A stretch of DNA of 64,000 bases from Schmidtea polychroa (taxonomy: Eukaryota). Location: contig CM097885.1 in assembly GCA_044892525.1 (NCBI GenBank), forward strand, positions 10,914,001 through 10,978,000. Reading direction: 5' to 3'. The translations under genes were made by a program, and so were the position numbers. Positions within the stretch are counted from its first letter, which is position 1; every line of letters begins with the position of its first letter. The notes below the pieces were generated by a model, which was not told the origin of the DNA, made no database searches, and was given only the letters and a program-made list of their open reading frames with translations. This document shows positions 11,901-26,225 of this stretch, in pieces.

Positions 11901-14900
11901 TTTCAAAATTAAACAATAATGCAATTCTTGATCTTAAAAGAACAAAAAATTTGATTATTGTTGGTTCCGAAAATCCCATCATTTCTTGAAATTTTTTATT
12001 AGAGTAATTAGAAAACAAGTACCACAGTATTTACAAAAAGTTTTAAGTTCTAAATCATATTTTGTTAAACAGGAACCTGATCTGACAGATTTTGTAGTTT
12101 TAAATTTACTGCAATACACTTCATAATTCATACACTTCCAGACATATTTACCTCAACCATTGTCAGTAAACAATAATTACAAGTTACTGTACTTCTTAAG
12201 ATTCCTTTTTGTCTCAATTAATTTCCTCTATTAATTTTAAAATTAGATTTCTAAAAACAGACATTAATAATGGGGTTTAAACAAAAAGATTTCTTTGATA
12301 AATTTGCGAGGTAATTTTTTAGTTGATTCAAAAAATTTCATATTATACAGCTTAAAATTAAATAAAGGAAAAGAAAAGTTCGATAACACAAAATTTCATT
12401 TTATATATTGGAAATTTGAGTGACATTAAAAAATTAAATATAATAAAAATTTAATAAAATATAATAAAATTTAAAAATAAATTGAATTATTCGGATGTTA
12501 ATTATATCTAATAAAGTCTCTCCACACGTATTAGAAGACATTTTTACTTGTCCCTTCATTCCTTCAAAGATCTATTGCCAATGCAAAATTTAACAAGTCT
12601 TTGTATTTAGCTGCTTCCTCTCTGATTGAATATTTCTTTTTTTGTGTAAGAAAAGACTTTTTAAATTTTGTTTAGGACCAATTTTAGGTCAAAATATTTC
12701 ATTTTATGAATAAATACTGCTAATTATGACTTATTTTAATAAATGATTCTGCTATCGTCAAATTTATTTTAAAATTCTTCTATCTCTAATATATTTTTAT
12801 AAGAATAAGATTTAGACTTGCGTCTGAACGACAAAAATTTTCTTCATTATTGTCTAGCTCTGTACAGCTATTTCTAAACTCCTCGGCAGATTCCGAAACG
12901 CTTTTCTTTAGTTAATTCTTGACAGATTGTATCCTGTGGATATCCTTTGACCATAAATGAATTAAAAATATCTTATTTATTGATAAATGACCATTATAGA
13001 ATACACTTCCTTTTGTAATGGATTTTTTATAGTACAGCATGATCTCTCTTATTACCAAACGTATATTCTAATTACATTTCCCACATACTTTAAAGTTGGC
13101 AATTAATCTTTTTTTAGCACAGAATTCCAAAGTGTGTAAATTCCCTTTATTAAACTCATTTAATAAATTTGCCTGTGCACGTTGTTCTTTTCTATCTAAA
13201 TTCCTAACAAGATGTTACGTTATTTTCAATTTTTGTAATTTAATAATTTTTGTAATAATTTAATTTAAGGCATGATGAAATTAACTAAAAATAATCTAAT
13301 TATATATTTAATTTATAAATATTTTAAAAGTACTTTAAATATAAAGAATAACATTAATTAATTTTCTAAAGACAAACTCTAAAAAGAAATGTCAGACTCC
13401 ATTTCGGTGTCAAACTCAAATAGATAATTACTAACATTTTTCAGAAATATATAGAAAAAATTAATTACAGTCAAATAATTAATGAAGATTTTTTTAGTTT
13501 TAAGCTTTGATTTTCAGAAAAATTTACTGTAAAATATTTCCAAAATTTTCCATATTACAAGTTTGGCAATAGAAAAATGATAGATATCAAATCCTTAATC
13601 TTCTCTTTGCCATTCCGCAATCTTTATTAGTGAAATATAAATTTATTATACAATGTAATATCTAGTTTCGACTTCATTGTTTTTGTTTTGTTTAGTATAA
13701 TTATAACATAAATCAACGAAAACAGTTAACAAGGATTTTATATCTGTAAATAAGTTTTGTTATTTTATTGCATAAATAGTTCCGTGAGAATTCCAATATA
13801 AATGTCAAAATCTGTCAGTTATTTTTCAACAATAACTGAATTTATTTCTAATTTTTATATCAACGGAAAAAATATTGGTTGTTTAACCCCTTCAGATCCC
13901 TTGTGCAGAATTATGCATATAACATTTAAAACCTTATAGATTTCTTATTTAATATATTTTACTTCATCTCTCTTATTTACTCTCCACGCACCGACCAAAC
14001 TATTTTGATTGTTTTAAAATCATACCACTAGTGCCATCTATGAGCAATTTTTGGCAACAATATAATTAGTGATCATCTGAATCTTTCATTTACAATGGTA
14101 ATAACTTGACCATCTGGTAGTTCATAACTCTTCAAGTAACGATGAAAAAAATCAGTTTTCATTTCATATTAAAAATCAAGAGTAATCTAAAAAAATACCC
14201 CGTAAATAGATCATGTAAAAAAAATATAAATTTTAAACAATATTAAAAATTTTATTCAAATGCTACCTATGGTTAATCATTTTCAAATATGAATCATCTT
14301 TAAACATATCCAAAAACAAATTTTAGCAGAAAATTTATCCTTCTTCATTTAAACCTTTCATTTTTTTGATTTTAAGTTTCAACTTGTTGTTATAACTCTC
14401 GAAATGTTGAGTATGGACGCCTGAAAATGGACAAACAAAATGGTATTTATGTACAACAGTAGCATGTACATAATTTTTTAATTTTGCTTTCTCTTTGCTT
14501 TTCTTGTTTTGATTTTCCTCCATTCATCGGTATGAATATACACAAAATTGTAAATAATGGACAAGAAAACGCTTTTGAACGATCTTCAACGATTTTTACA
14601 AATCTTTTACTTGGTGATGTTGAAGTATCAACTATAACCAATGCCCATACCTGTTCTCGGGGACCCCTCCCGCGATGTCTTTTAACTTCGTGGTTGAGCA
14701 TCACTTCATCGCATTGCACCAAAGTTCCCAGCCCGCAAGTAATACATTTCAGTTTTTAATAAATAATTTTCGTATTTTTGGTCTTGACATATTAACAAAT
14801 CTACAAATTTCCGTTTGGTTAAGGCCTTTTGACCAATAACATAAAATGTTTAAAAACTGTTTTAAAGGAACTGCTAATGTTTTAAAACAACTTCCTTTAC

Positions 14901-16437
14901 GCAATGGTTATGAGGTTTGATATTTTTGGCATTCGTAGTTGAGGCAACGTCACTCATGACCAATCCATTTATCTTTTTTTTTAATAGCATGTCATGGTTA
15001 CTTGTTTTACAAACTACAACTTCGTTTATCCACTTATTGGTGAAAAGCCATGTAACGATTTGCTCATTTGTCATGATAGTAATTTTCTCAATTTCATTTT
15101 CAAAATTCATGGATTATCTAAATTAATTAATTATCTAATTGAATTAAACAACATGTCATTTTTTTACATGATCCCAACTTTTCTTTAATATCTCGAACAA
15201 TTTCTCTTTTGGCAGTAGTTGTAAAACTGTATCCTCTGTCTGTCATTATTTTCATTAGATAATCAGTTAAAATATTTCTAATTATCGCTTAAAAATTAAT
15301 TAGAATTTTTCTAATTAAATTTTGACTTTAATAAATATTTTAATTGGAGATCACTGATAAATTAAAAAAAACCCATTTGGAATAGAAATTATTATTTTTT
15401 AAAATGTAGTTGAAAACTTACAAATTTGCACTAGTATTGTTTTTGGGTTTCTTAATTTTCCAGTACAATAAATAATCGGATTTCAAATAAAACTTACTGC
15501 AATTATTTATCATATCTTTTTAAATATTATAAATATTATTATAATATTTTTGAATTTCATGACAACGAGTTTATTTATAAACAGTGCATATTATTTTTGT
15601 AATTTACTTAATTTATAAACATTTTGAGATAAATAGAATTCTTTATATTATATAACTAAAGGACTTTGATAATGAATTGATGATGAATCATATGAATTGA
15701 TGATTGGATGTACGGAATATGCATGAAATTGTTTTTTATTTCTTACAGTCCTTCAAATTGTCATAAATTGTGAATTTTTTTAATTAATTGTAAGTAAATG
15801 TTTAATATGAATTGTTGTGTGGAAATCTTATAAATCTGTTATAAAATATATTCAAAACATTCATTAGACCAACTCATTTCTCAACACTTCTATTCTCTTA
15901 ATGTAATATAATACATTACATAAATAATAATAATAAGACGAAGAAAAAGAAAACATTAATACAATGGAAAACTGCCTGACATCGAAGAAAATATGCTTCC
16001 AAAAAACGTTGTCTACTGCATAACGTGCAATGTATGCAAAAAAATACAAATTGGTAGTACGCTCAGGAACTTGCACCAAAGAGTTAAAGAACATCATGAT
16101 CCTGGTGTTATTGACCTTGAGAATATTTTATTTTAAAAAACTAGGGCCTCTGTCTATGCTCGCTTTGCTTCACCAACCCCGTTAGAACGTGGGGTTAATG
16201 TTAAAGTTAATATCCAGGGTATTCTTGGACAGGAGTAGGATTCAGTTTATTAATGTTTACATAACTATGATAAAAGATAATAGCATAAACCGTTTCTAAG
16301 TAATAAGAACGATAAATACAAAAGAATAAATACTTCATAAAAAAAGTAAAATTCACAGTTTTTTATATATAGAGAGATAATAATTTAAAAATAATATAAA
16401 AAACTATATCAAATTTTAAGGAAGTGACTCATCACTT

Positions 16438-16507
<70 letters not shown>

Positions 16508-19500
16508 TATTATAATATTATAATATTAATAATTAAAAATAACAGTATTTGCCACTTAGTTAAAAATTATTTCTTTACAATAAATTAATTAATTATTATC
16601 AAATGAAATTATTTCTAATTGAGAACTCCGGAAGAAAACAAACTAAATGGAATATATCTGCATTACTAACATGATACAGTAGCAAAATTGTAACCTGTTA
16701 AGTTAATTAATTGTTCAAATATTATTTTACTCGATTTTATTATTAGATATAAAAAATATAATAAAGCTGAAATTATACGAATGACAGGAAAATATTTTTT
16801 TTGCTGGAAGTTTGCTAGTGGCTTTTTGTAGTTTACGAATTTCTATTAAATAAAATAAAATAATTTATAGTTATTTTGGAAATGATGAATTTACTATAGC
16901 ATTCAATTAATTTCAATTTTATGACTACTGATATATTTATATGTAAGCACAATGATTATTGAATTTAAGAAGACTTTATTATGAATAAGAATTCCAATGG
17001 CATATTCTGGAAACATTTAAAAAATTAAATTAAAAAAACTTAATATTATAAGAACTTTTTTCAATTGGCACCTCTGATTTCTTTTCAATTGATATTGTAT
17101 TTATTAGAAAATTTTGACTATAAAAAAATTTTCTAATAAATACAAAAAAACTTAAAAATTTATAAAATTATTTCACGATATAATTGCTTGTTATTTTGGG
17201 ATGTTTGTAAACTTGTTTGCATAAAAGGTTATGATAAAAAATTAATATAAAAAAGAAATAAAATATACAAAAATTCAAATCAGAATTTAGAAATCAAAAC
17301 AAATAAACAAAAAAATATTTATTTTAACTTTAATAAATATTTTGGATACAGATTCTAACTTTCATAGAATAAACATGATTAAATTAAAAAAAGAAAAGAA
17401 AATTTAAGTATATTTGGATAAAATACACTTACCAAACATAAATTAAAATATTGCATTACGAGAACAGTTTTTGGTTGCATATCACCTTACAATAAAATTT
17501 AGACATTATCTTTATGAAAAATGATTTAAACTTAGAACAGAACATATTGAAATATTTATTATAGAAACAAAATGCTTTTAATTACACAATTCGAGACTTG
17601 GATGAGCTTCCTCAGTTATCTACGTACACTCATTGTCAAACAATTCTTTCTTAATCAAAGTATTTGATTAATGACAAACATTTGTATCAAAAAAATAATA
17701 ATAAATTTAGTTGCCCAAAAAATTCAAATTATAAGGTGAACAAATTTTTAAGGTAAAATTTTGGATACCAAATTAAATTGGAATATCAAAAGTTATGTCA
17801 TGCAAATAGCAATAAAGTAGATAAATACATATGTCATGACCGGGCTTTGAAAATCTCAATACTAAATAAAAAAAATAATATAAAGATACAAAATTCTTTT
17901 TCAATTCGTTATCATCATTCGGCAAACATTCAAATTCAAATATATTCACTATTATAATTTCAAAAACAATTTAAGATTGAGTATATCTTTCTTAATAATT
18001 TCTCTTTGCAATTATTATTGAGAAATTCGTCAATCCGTTTATCTCTTTATAGTAATCTAGAATTGGCATATAATCAACTTTTTGAATGGTAGGCAGGAAG
18101 ATTTTCAGAATGATAAAAATTCGTTAATTTTTTGCATCTATCACTAAAATCGAATTTCATATATAAATTATTTAGGTATTTATAGCGTCTTATTTTCCGA
18201 ACAAATTTATTATTTCTTTTCGGTTATGATTACTGTACTTTTGTAATTATTTCCCCTCGAGCAGGTCAATTACGGGATTTCGAGATTCAGTATTTTATAA
18301 TTTTATAATCATGTATGGAAATTGCCTGTAAAGAGCCCTACATTGGAAAATTATTTATAGTCCTACAAAAATATAAAATTAATCAAGTGTAACTCAAAAT
18401 TTCCATTATCCTATCTTATATCTTCTCTTTATATAAATTAATAAATATGTCTAAACATATTAATTTTATATTTAATTTTATATATCTAACGCATTTTATA
18501 TAATTGGACATTTTGAGGTTTTTGATACAGCAAATTTTAGAATAATTTTATCATAATTTGACAATTGAATTACACCATTTTCAATTAACGTTCCTGATAA
18601 ATTATTGAAGTCATTCTGATTGAAATTATTAAATTATTTTTGTTTATTTTGAAAATGAAAAAGATTGTTGCATTTTAAATTGATATTTTTTGGAATATAT
18701 TTTTAATATATTCTTTTCGCATGGGAATGTTGATTGAAGGACATTAGTAGATGTTTTATACATAGTGAATGGTGAATGCATATTTTTTTTCATCTTGAAA
18801 ATACCAATATATCTTATCTATTTAATAAATAATCAAAATATTGTCATAATCAACTCAATATTAGTCATGTCATAATTAAAGAATATTTCAAAGTCCTTTG
18901 CCTTGTAAATAATAACTAAAGTTGTAGCTGATTCGCGTTTTCAATATTTTCATTATTATGTTTGGAAAAAATAATTTTAAATTTCGAAAACACAGACGCA
19001 GTCAATTATATTAATTTCTTGACAGTTAAATAATATATTTTAACGGTCTTAGTTTCACGGACCTTTGTAAACACCAGGCTAAAAAGTGCCAAGGGTCTCG
19101 ATCTTGCTTATTGCATTCTATTTAAAACTATAATCAACAACAGTTCGATTCAAGTGACCCATTAGCTGGGATTTCTAGACACTGAACAGAAGAAGCATAA
19201 TCGTATTATGTGGCACTTAAATGGCTTATGAATCACAATTTGTCATTTCTAAATTTATAGCTGCTATAAATTTGTGCATAAATTATTTAAAAGAAAAGTT
19301 TCTATTTATTCACTAATTATGCTTGTCTATTTCTTTTTAATTAAATTCCATTTATTCTATTCTTAAATTAATTGATCACTGATTCGTAGAAATGCAATAA
19401 AATTCTAATTTTACTCGTGTTGTATGTGAAGATGCGAGGAGAGGCCAAGCAATTAAAAATTAATTGAATACGACTATATATGGTAATGCTATAGTAATGC

Positions 19501-22500
19501 TATGTTGAAGTATTAATTCTTAGACAACGTAATGGGTGAAATTAATCTATCTATCTATCTATCTATATATTTTTTTATATAAATATTGCAATCGGGGGAA
19601 TCTTTGTAACAATGGAATTATTTCTCCCAATTCAAACAGATTCATTAAAATCGAGCCCTTTACGAATTATTTTAAAATGTATAATGAAGTATATAAAATT
19701 TATCAAAAACTGTTATTAGATGAATATAATAAGTCCCTGGCGTGTCAAATTTTCATTTAATTTATAACTGCAAAAATAATAAAATACGACTTTATATTTA
19801 CTAAGACAACTATTATAATATAGTCAATTTAGCTCAAAATATTCTAAAGAAAAAGATACAATTGTGCGTCACGAGTCACAAAAGCTCCCATTGGTAAAAC
19901 TATCGAATGGTCAAAATGCTTTGGGCGAAATAGGAAGTGGTTTTTGTAAATTTGGCACAATAGTAAGAGAAACTTAAATATGATATGGACAATACCGACA
20001 CCATGACACCAATTAATTCAAATAACTGTGTTACTATTAGACTTCATTAAATATATGAAAGGAGTAGATCGTGTCTATCAATACTTCGTATATAATTACA
20101 AAACCTAATAGACAAAAGCGCTGTTATTATTTTTATCAACTGTGTCCTATTAATTCGTTTAGTGCATACACGAAACTAAACGGGAAAAAGGAGTCATATA
20201 AAATTTTACACGAAGCTGTAGTTGAATGAATATAACTGATTACGGGACTATTGAACAAAAAAACTATCAAATATTCAGCTAATTTCAGTCAAAAGTAAAA
20301 CAAAAAGAATCTATTTTACGAAGTACTTAAGTACACGCCAAAAGTAAACTATCCGGGGAGATTGACCACATTCAAACACTATAAACTTGTAAAATTTGTA
20401 AAAATACAAAAGTAGATTATGAGTATCAAGATATTAGAAGTAGGATATGTTTCATCTGAAAATTTTGTTATGTTCCACTACAAGAGTGATTGCTACGAAT
20501 GTTACCAAACACTAATAAAATAACAATCATTGAAATATTATTTAAAGTTTTATTTTCTACCAAAAGTAAATTTCGATTTCTCAAATTCGATTAAAGAACA
20601 TATTTACTTTGCATCAAAATGATGTTATGTTTATTTGCATAATAAACATAAATAAAACACAAATAAACATAACATCATTTTTATGCAAAGTAAATGTGTT
20701 CTTTATTCGAATTTGAAAATTTTACATCTTAAATGTTTCATTTTTATATTTCTGATATTGTAAGAATTTTTTAAAATTGCCTCCGGAGCTAAAATAAATG
20801 ATACCCCATTACTAAATTTGGAAATTTATATATAAACAGAATACAATGCATATGTGACCACTGTTGGTTTTTTGGAATTGAGACGTTCGCAAAAAAATTT
20901 GTTTAACTTTGATTGCTTTTAAAGTTGAATAAATATTAATTATCAGTAATTCTATATTGAATTCTGGATTGCAAAAATGTATCATTTTATAATAACAAGT
21001 AAATAAAACTGACATAAGTAATTAGTTATTACAATTTATAATGATTTTGATTAATGTGGATAATTCGGTTCAAACTCTATTAAAAAAATATTGGTTGTGC
21101 AAAAATTATTGCAAAATATTGATAGAAAAAAAATTATAAAATCTAATTAATAAAAATACTTAAAGACTCAATTAAATAAAGTCAATTTAAATTTTTTTTA
21201 TTAATAACATAATATATTTTTGGTCAATCATTATATTCTCGGAATAAATTTTATTAAACTGTCACGAATTGCCAACGAATAATAATTATGTTTTCGAAAT
21301 CAAATGTTAATAATTACGATATATTTTTTAACAAATTTGCTACTGAACGCATTTTAACTTCACTTGATAGCGATGACAACATCAATATCGCTTGGTGAAA
21401 TAATTTTATCTCTCCTTTGCATTACTACTTTATATAGAATTTATATTGTATGGTTTCCATTTTCATTTTGTTACATGATACTCGAGCTGTGACTGCTAGC
21501 AAGTTGAATGGCATCGCACATTTGGGTTGCATCATCATTAAGTAATAATAGTATTGAATTAGACACCAGTTACTATCGAATATGGTGTTTATATTAATGT
21601 GGTTTTTAATGCACATTTTCATCACACTACTTCTCTAGCCTGTTTTTGAGCCACTGGCTTAGAAGTTTTGTAAAATAAATCTTTATCTGAAAAAAGGCTT
21701 AGTAATTAGTAGTGACCGGCAGCTTATAACGCGAAAAAAGGTAACTCATTTATTTCAAATTACATTCACAGTGAATTTCATAAATAATTAAAATTTTATA
21801 AATAAATATCAACACATTCACAAGTTCTCAAAACCTACAGTAGTATTAACATTATTTTAAAAATAAAAAAATATTTCAGAACTTAAGCAAAATTTAAAAA
21901 TTCCATTTAGATTTGTTTACATATTTCTACATATTGCCATATCTACAAGATAAAAAAAATCAACACGTTATTACTAAATCATTAATTTGCATTGTTTGTT
22001 TATAGCAATTAGAAATTCTCGATAGTATTAAGAGAAATCACTAAAAACAGTTTCATTGTTGAGTTGAAAGTCTTATCTAGTTTATATCCTTGGACGAATT
22101 GGAATTAGGCAAGTTCTTTCAAAAGGATTCAAGTTTGGTGAATATGATGATGGAAAAAGAACCTGCACATTTTTCGAAATCAAATATATTCTTCCAACTC
22201 ATCACAGTGGTGGATTTGATTTCCCCTTTTATATGCACCTTCGACAGTTAGGGACAGTCGTTTGGGCTTAATATTCGAAAAAAATTGTTAAAAAATAATT
22301 TTTTCTATACTTAATTGTATTGTATTTTAGGGATTTTTATTTTTTGCTTTCTAAAAATTGTTCATAATATTAAATTCATTACAAAATCAATGTATGTATT
22401 TCTTTTCATTTGATGATGTTGGCTAACTCGTATCTTGTTAAGACTCTAAATAAAAAAATACCACTCCAGAATAACGTTCGAATTTTTATTAGCTATTAAA

Positions 22501-25025
22501 TGATTTACTAGGTAAAACAGCATTTTAAAATCCTGACTTCTATAAAAAGTTATCGCTGCATCAGATAATTTGTGAACTGAATTTGTGAATACTGTAAAAA
22601 TTATATAGGGCGGAAGGTTGGGAGAAAGAAGAATAAGAGAGATTGGGTGGAATGTGAATCTGCCTAACACCCTTTCCATTCCAACGTCACCTATTGATGA
22701 ACTTGGAAGTGGTACTACCAAGTATATAGGTGTATATAGCTAATAAAAGTAGATCAAATTCACTGGTATTTTTATATATGAGAATATAAACAGTACAAAA
22801 AGGGCGCTCCATTACGTCTATGCCAAGGGCGTTAAGCGACCTTGAGCCGACACTGACAATATTAAGTTTTTCTTTCTATGTAAGACAAATTTTATCTATA
22901 GTAGCAATGAAAATAAATGAAATGTTAAAAGAAAATTTCTGTTATTTTAATTTGAATTTCAAGTCTGAATTGTATATCTGGAAATCCTATAAAATCCTGT
23001 TACTGAATTCATATGGTTTATATAGATCTGGTTAAGCCTGTCTGATATTAATTTATATTTCAATCTCGATTGTCCAAAATTGGCATATATCAGCCAGAAC
23101 GATTCTCAAATTTAAATTAAATTAAAAATTTTGGTTGCTATTTTTCAGTGGTAATTATGTATCAATATAGTTAAACTTGATCCATGTATTTACATTGATC
23201 TGCACAGCATTGTCGAGATTATATCGATTAATAATTGAATAACTTTTATTCTAAATGAAGTTTAAATTTAATTTCAATTTTTATGATCTATAAAAATAAA
23301 GATTGAATTTCTCTATTCAAAACCTAAAATTTAAAATGGAATTACATTTAATAAAATTAATTTAATTTTCATTCATCATTATTCAAAATCTCAAAAGTTC
23401 CATTTATATTCACCTTTTCTTTTTTTTCAGTTGAAAAGTATGTATTTACAACAACTGGAAGAATCGGAAACAAATACAAATACAGATCTCGGTAATTGTT
23501 TATTATTATTCTTATTAATACGCAAACAATAATTTGTACACTTTTTGAAGTTTTCTCAAATGTTACCACAGATAATTTTATAAATTTTACTTTTAAACTA
23601 TCTATATTTATTTATCTCTATTATTTATCTCAAAGATTTTAACATATCAATCAATTTAGCATATCCCGCAACGGTTTTAGATTTGTAACATTTATATAAT
23701 TTTAAAACTTAGTTATTAAATTACTAAGTATAAAACATAAACAGTTAATTTATTTCTATTATGTTACAGTATCTTTTTTAAAAATATCTTTATCAAATAA
23801 CTCTTGTTATAAAGGTAGTGTCGAAAAATTTGTGTTACAACGAATGAAAAAATTTTTTTTTATAAATGACATGTTAAAAGAAAAGACATCATAAGTGAAG
23901 AAAAAAGAAGGATTTTACAGATTGCATATTTTATTATCGATTTTCACCCAAATATAACATTTAATTTTACGTAAAACATATATTTTGATATTCGTTAATT
24001 ATGGTGTTAATGGTAGTTTTTGTGACTCATCATGGAAGAATTTTAATATGACTTAGTTTGAACTAAATTCAGAGATTTTCCAATGACCCAGTAAGTTTCG
24101 AATCATATAAGTAAAATAATTGCTATATAACAATACTTTTTAGGACTAAATGCTCCAAAATTAATCAAGAAATCCTCTATTTATTCTCTTATGAATAAAG
24201 CTATGCAATTATGCTTTCTTAGCTCTAAAATAAGTGTTTGAAGGGAAATTTTCAAAATTCAATGCATGTAAAATCATTGTGTTGTTGATTAATTATAACG
24301 CATTCACTTATTAATTTTCTTTTCATTCTTCTCGTTGAAAGTTCATCAAATTAACGGCAGAACGAACTAACCAAATTTGGTTAATAGCACATATTTTCAT
24401 GTGCTGTTGCAATAGGGAAATATCCCATTACTAGTGTGCCATACTCACAAACTTGTTCATTATATTTTAAATCAAATCTAAATGGGAGAGAAGTTATAGA
24501 TTTATTACATTTTATGATTGCTTTGACAGATTTTCTAATTTGTGTGTTAATATTTACTTTTGGCTGAAATTAATGACAAAAAATAAATATAATATTTTTA
24601 TCTTAATACAAACTTCAAAATACTTTTTTTTCAAATATTAGATGTGATTTTGTTATTTTTGTTATTGAATGACTCGGTGAATATGTGTAGATGGTTTATT
24701 TCGGCCTTTGCCACTTGTTCCAGCTAATTTGTGGACTAGAAAAGATATATCGGAATTCAAAGCCGACATATTAAAGCATCAAAGAGAATGCTGCATAAAA
24801 ATAGGGTCTTTATCAACAGCCACAGTTCGAGTACCGACGCATCCTGATGGTCGGTGTGTTTTCTGGGAATTTGCTACAGATTATTATGATCTTGGATTTG
24901 GTGTGTACTTTGAGTGGAATGTTCAACCGTCTGAAAACATTACTGTACATATTTCTGAATCTAGCGACGATGAAGAATTCGAAGATGAATCACCATCAAT
25001 TGAAAATCATAGTGAGTTTTGACAA

Positions 25026-25097
<72 letters not shown>

Positions 25098-26131
25098 TGA
25101 CAAGGACTATCTTATAGCCGAAAATTTTTTCATTAAATACATTATTCGCAGCTAAAGACTTAAATTATCACTTTATTGTTTTAAATTATAATAATAAAAA
25201 TAATATTATTATTATTATTATTAAACAATTAAATGATAATTTAAGCATTTTGCTGCAAAGTATATATTGAATAAAATGAAATAATGTTCGATTATAAAAA
25301 TAATCTTTATCGAATTGATAATAATAATAATTTTTATTGCCATTTTACTTGATTGATTTATTTTAAAAAACATGTTTTATCCATTAAAATGCCGAAAATA
25401 AGTTGAAATTTGTGAATTAAGGTTTATTAATACTCTCCCTCCTACAAAAAAATATATACTCTAAAACTCGAATTAATCCCCCACCAAGAATTACCGTTAT
25501 TTGGCGAAATATTAAAAAGTTCAAATATTTTTTAAATTGCAGAACTATATCATTTTTTGTGCTTTTGTTTTAATATTATTAAAATTTAAATAATGACAAA
25601 ACAATATAAAAACAAGCATAAGTAAAATGCAATTGCTAGTTAACGACTTAATGCAAATATCTCAGAAGTGTAGCTGCAAGATTTGGTATTGATAGACATG
25701 TGCTGAGGGAATAGTGAAATTCAGCAATCAGAACTAAATAAGTTTAGACTTCATGGAGGAGAAAGAAAGTTGAAGTTTGAGGATCTGGACAGTTTGTTAT
25801 ACACACGGGTTATTGATGAGCGATTAGAACGACAGCGATCATCTCGTTCAATGATTAATAAAAGGGCGGAAGAAATGTCAGTTGAAGTAAATCCCGGTTC
25901 TAATTGGACCCTAACAAATGGATGGCTAGATAGATTTATGACGAGAAATCAACTAACTTCCAGAAAGACTTTTGAAAAGTGCTTTCTCAATGAGTATGCT
26001 AATTTAATGACAGCTGAAGGGGAACATTTCAATTAAATTTATGAATTTAATTGAAAATTCAAGCGATGAAATGGTACAAAAAATTTCATGTATGATGTTT
26101 CAGAGTCTAATTTTTCTAAAATAGAGGATGA

Positions 26132-26225
<94 letters not shown>

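Noticed and set aside
13883..13900. TTAACCCCTT piggyBac-like end
   Set aside because: No matching opposite TIR identified.
24847..25155. ORF with poly-Ile (also 26039-26311, 35601-35991 and 60262-60447)
   Set aside because: Open frames produced by (AAT)n/(TA)n microsatellites.
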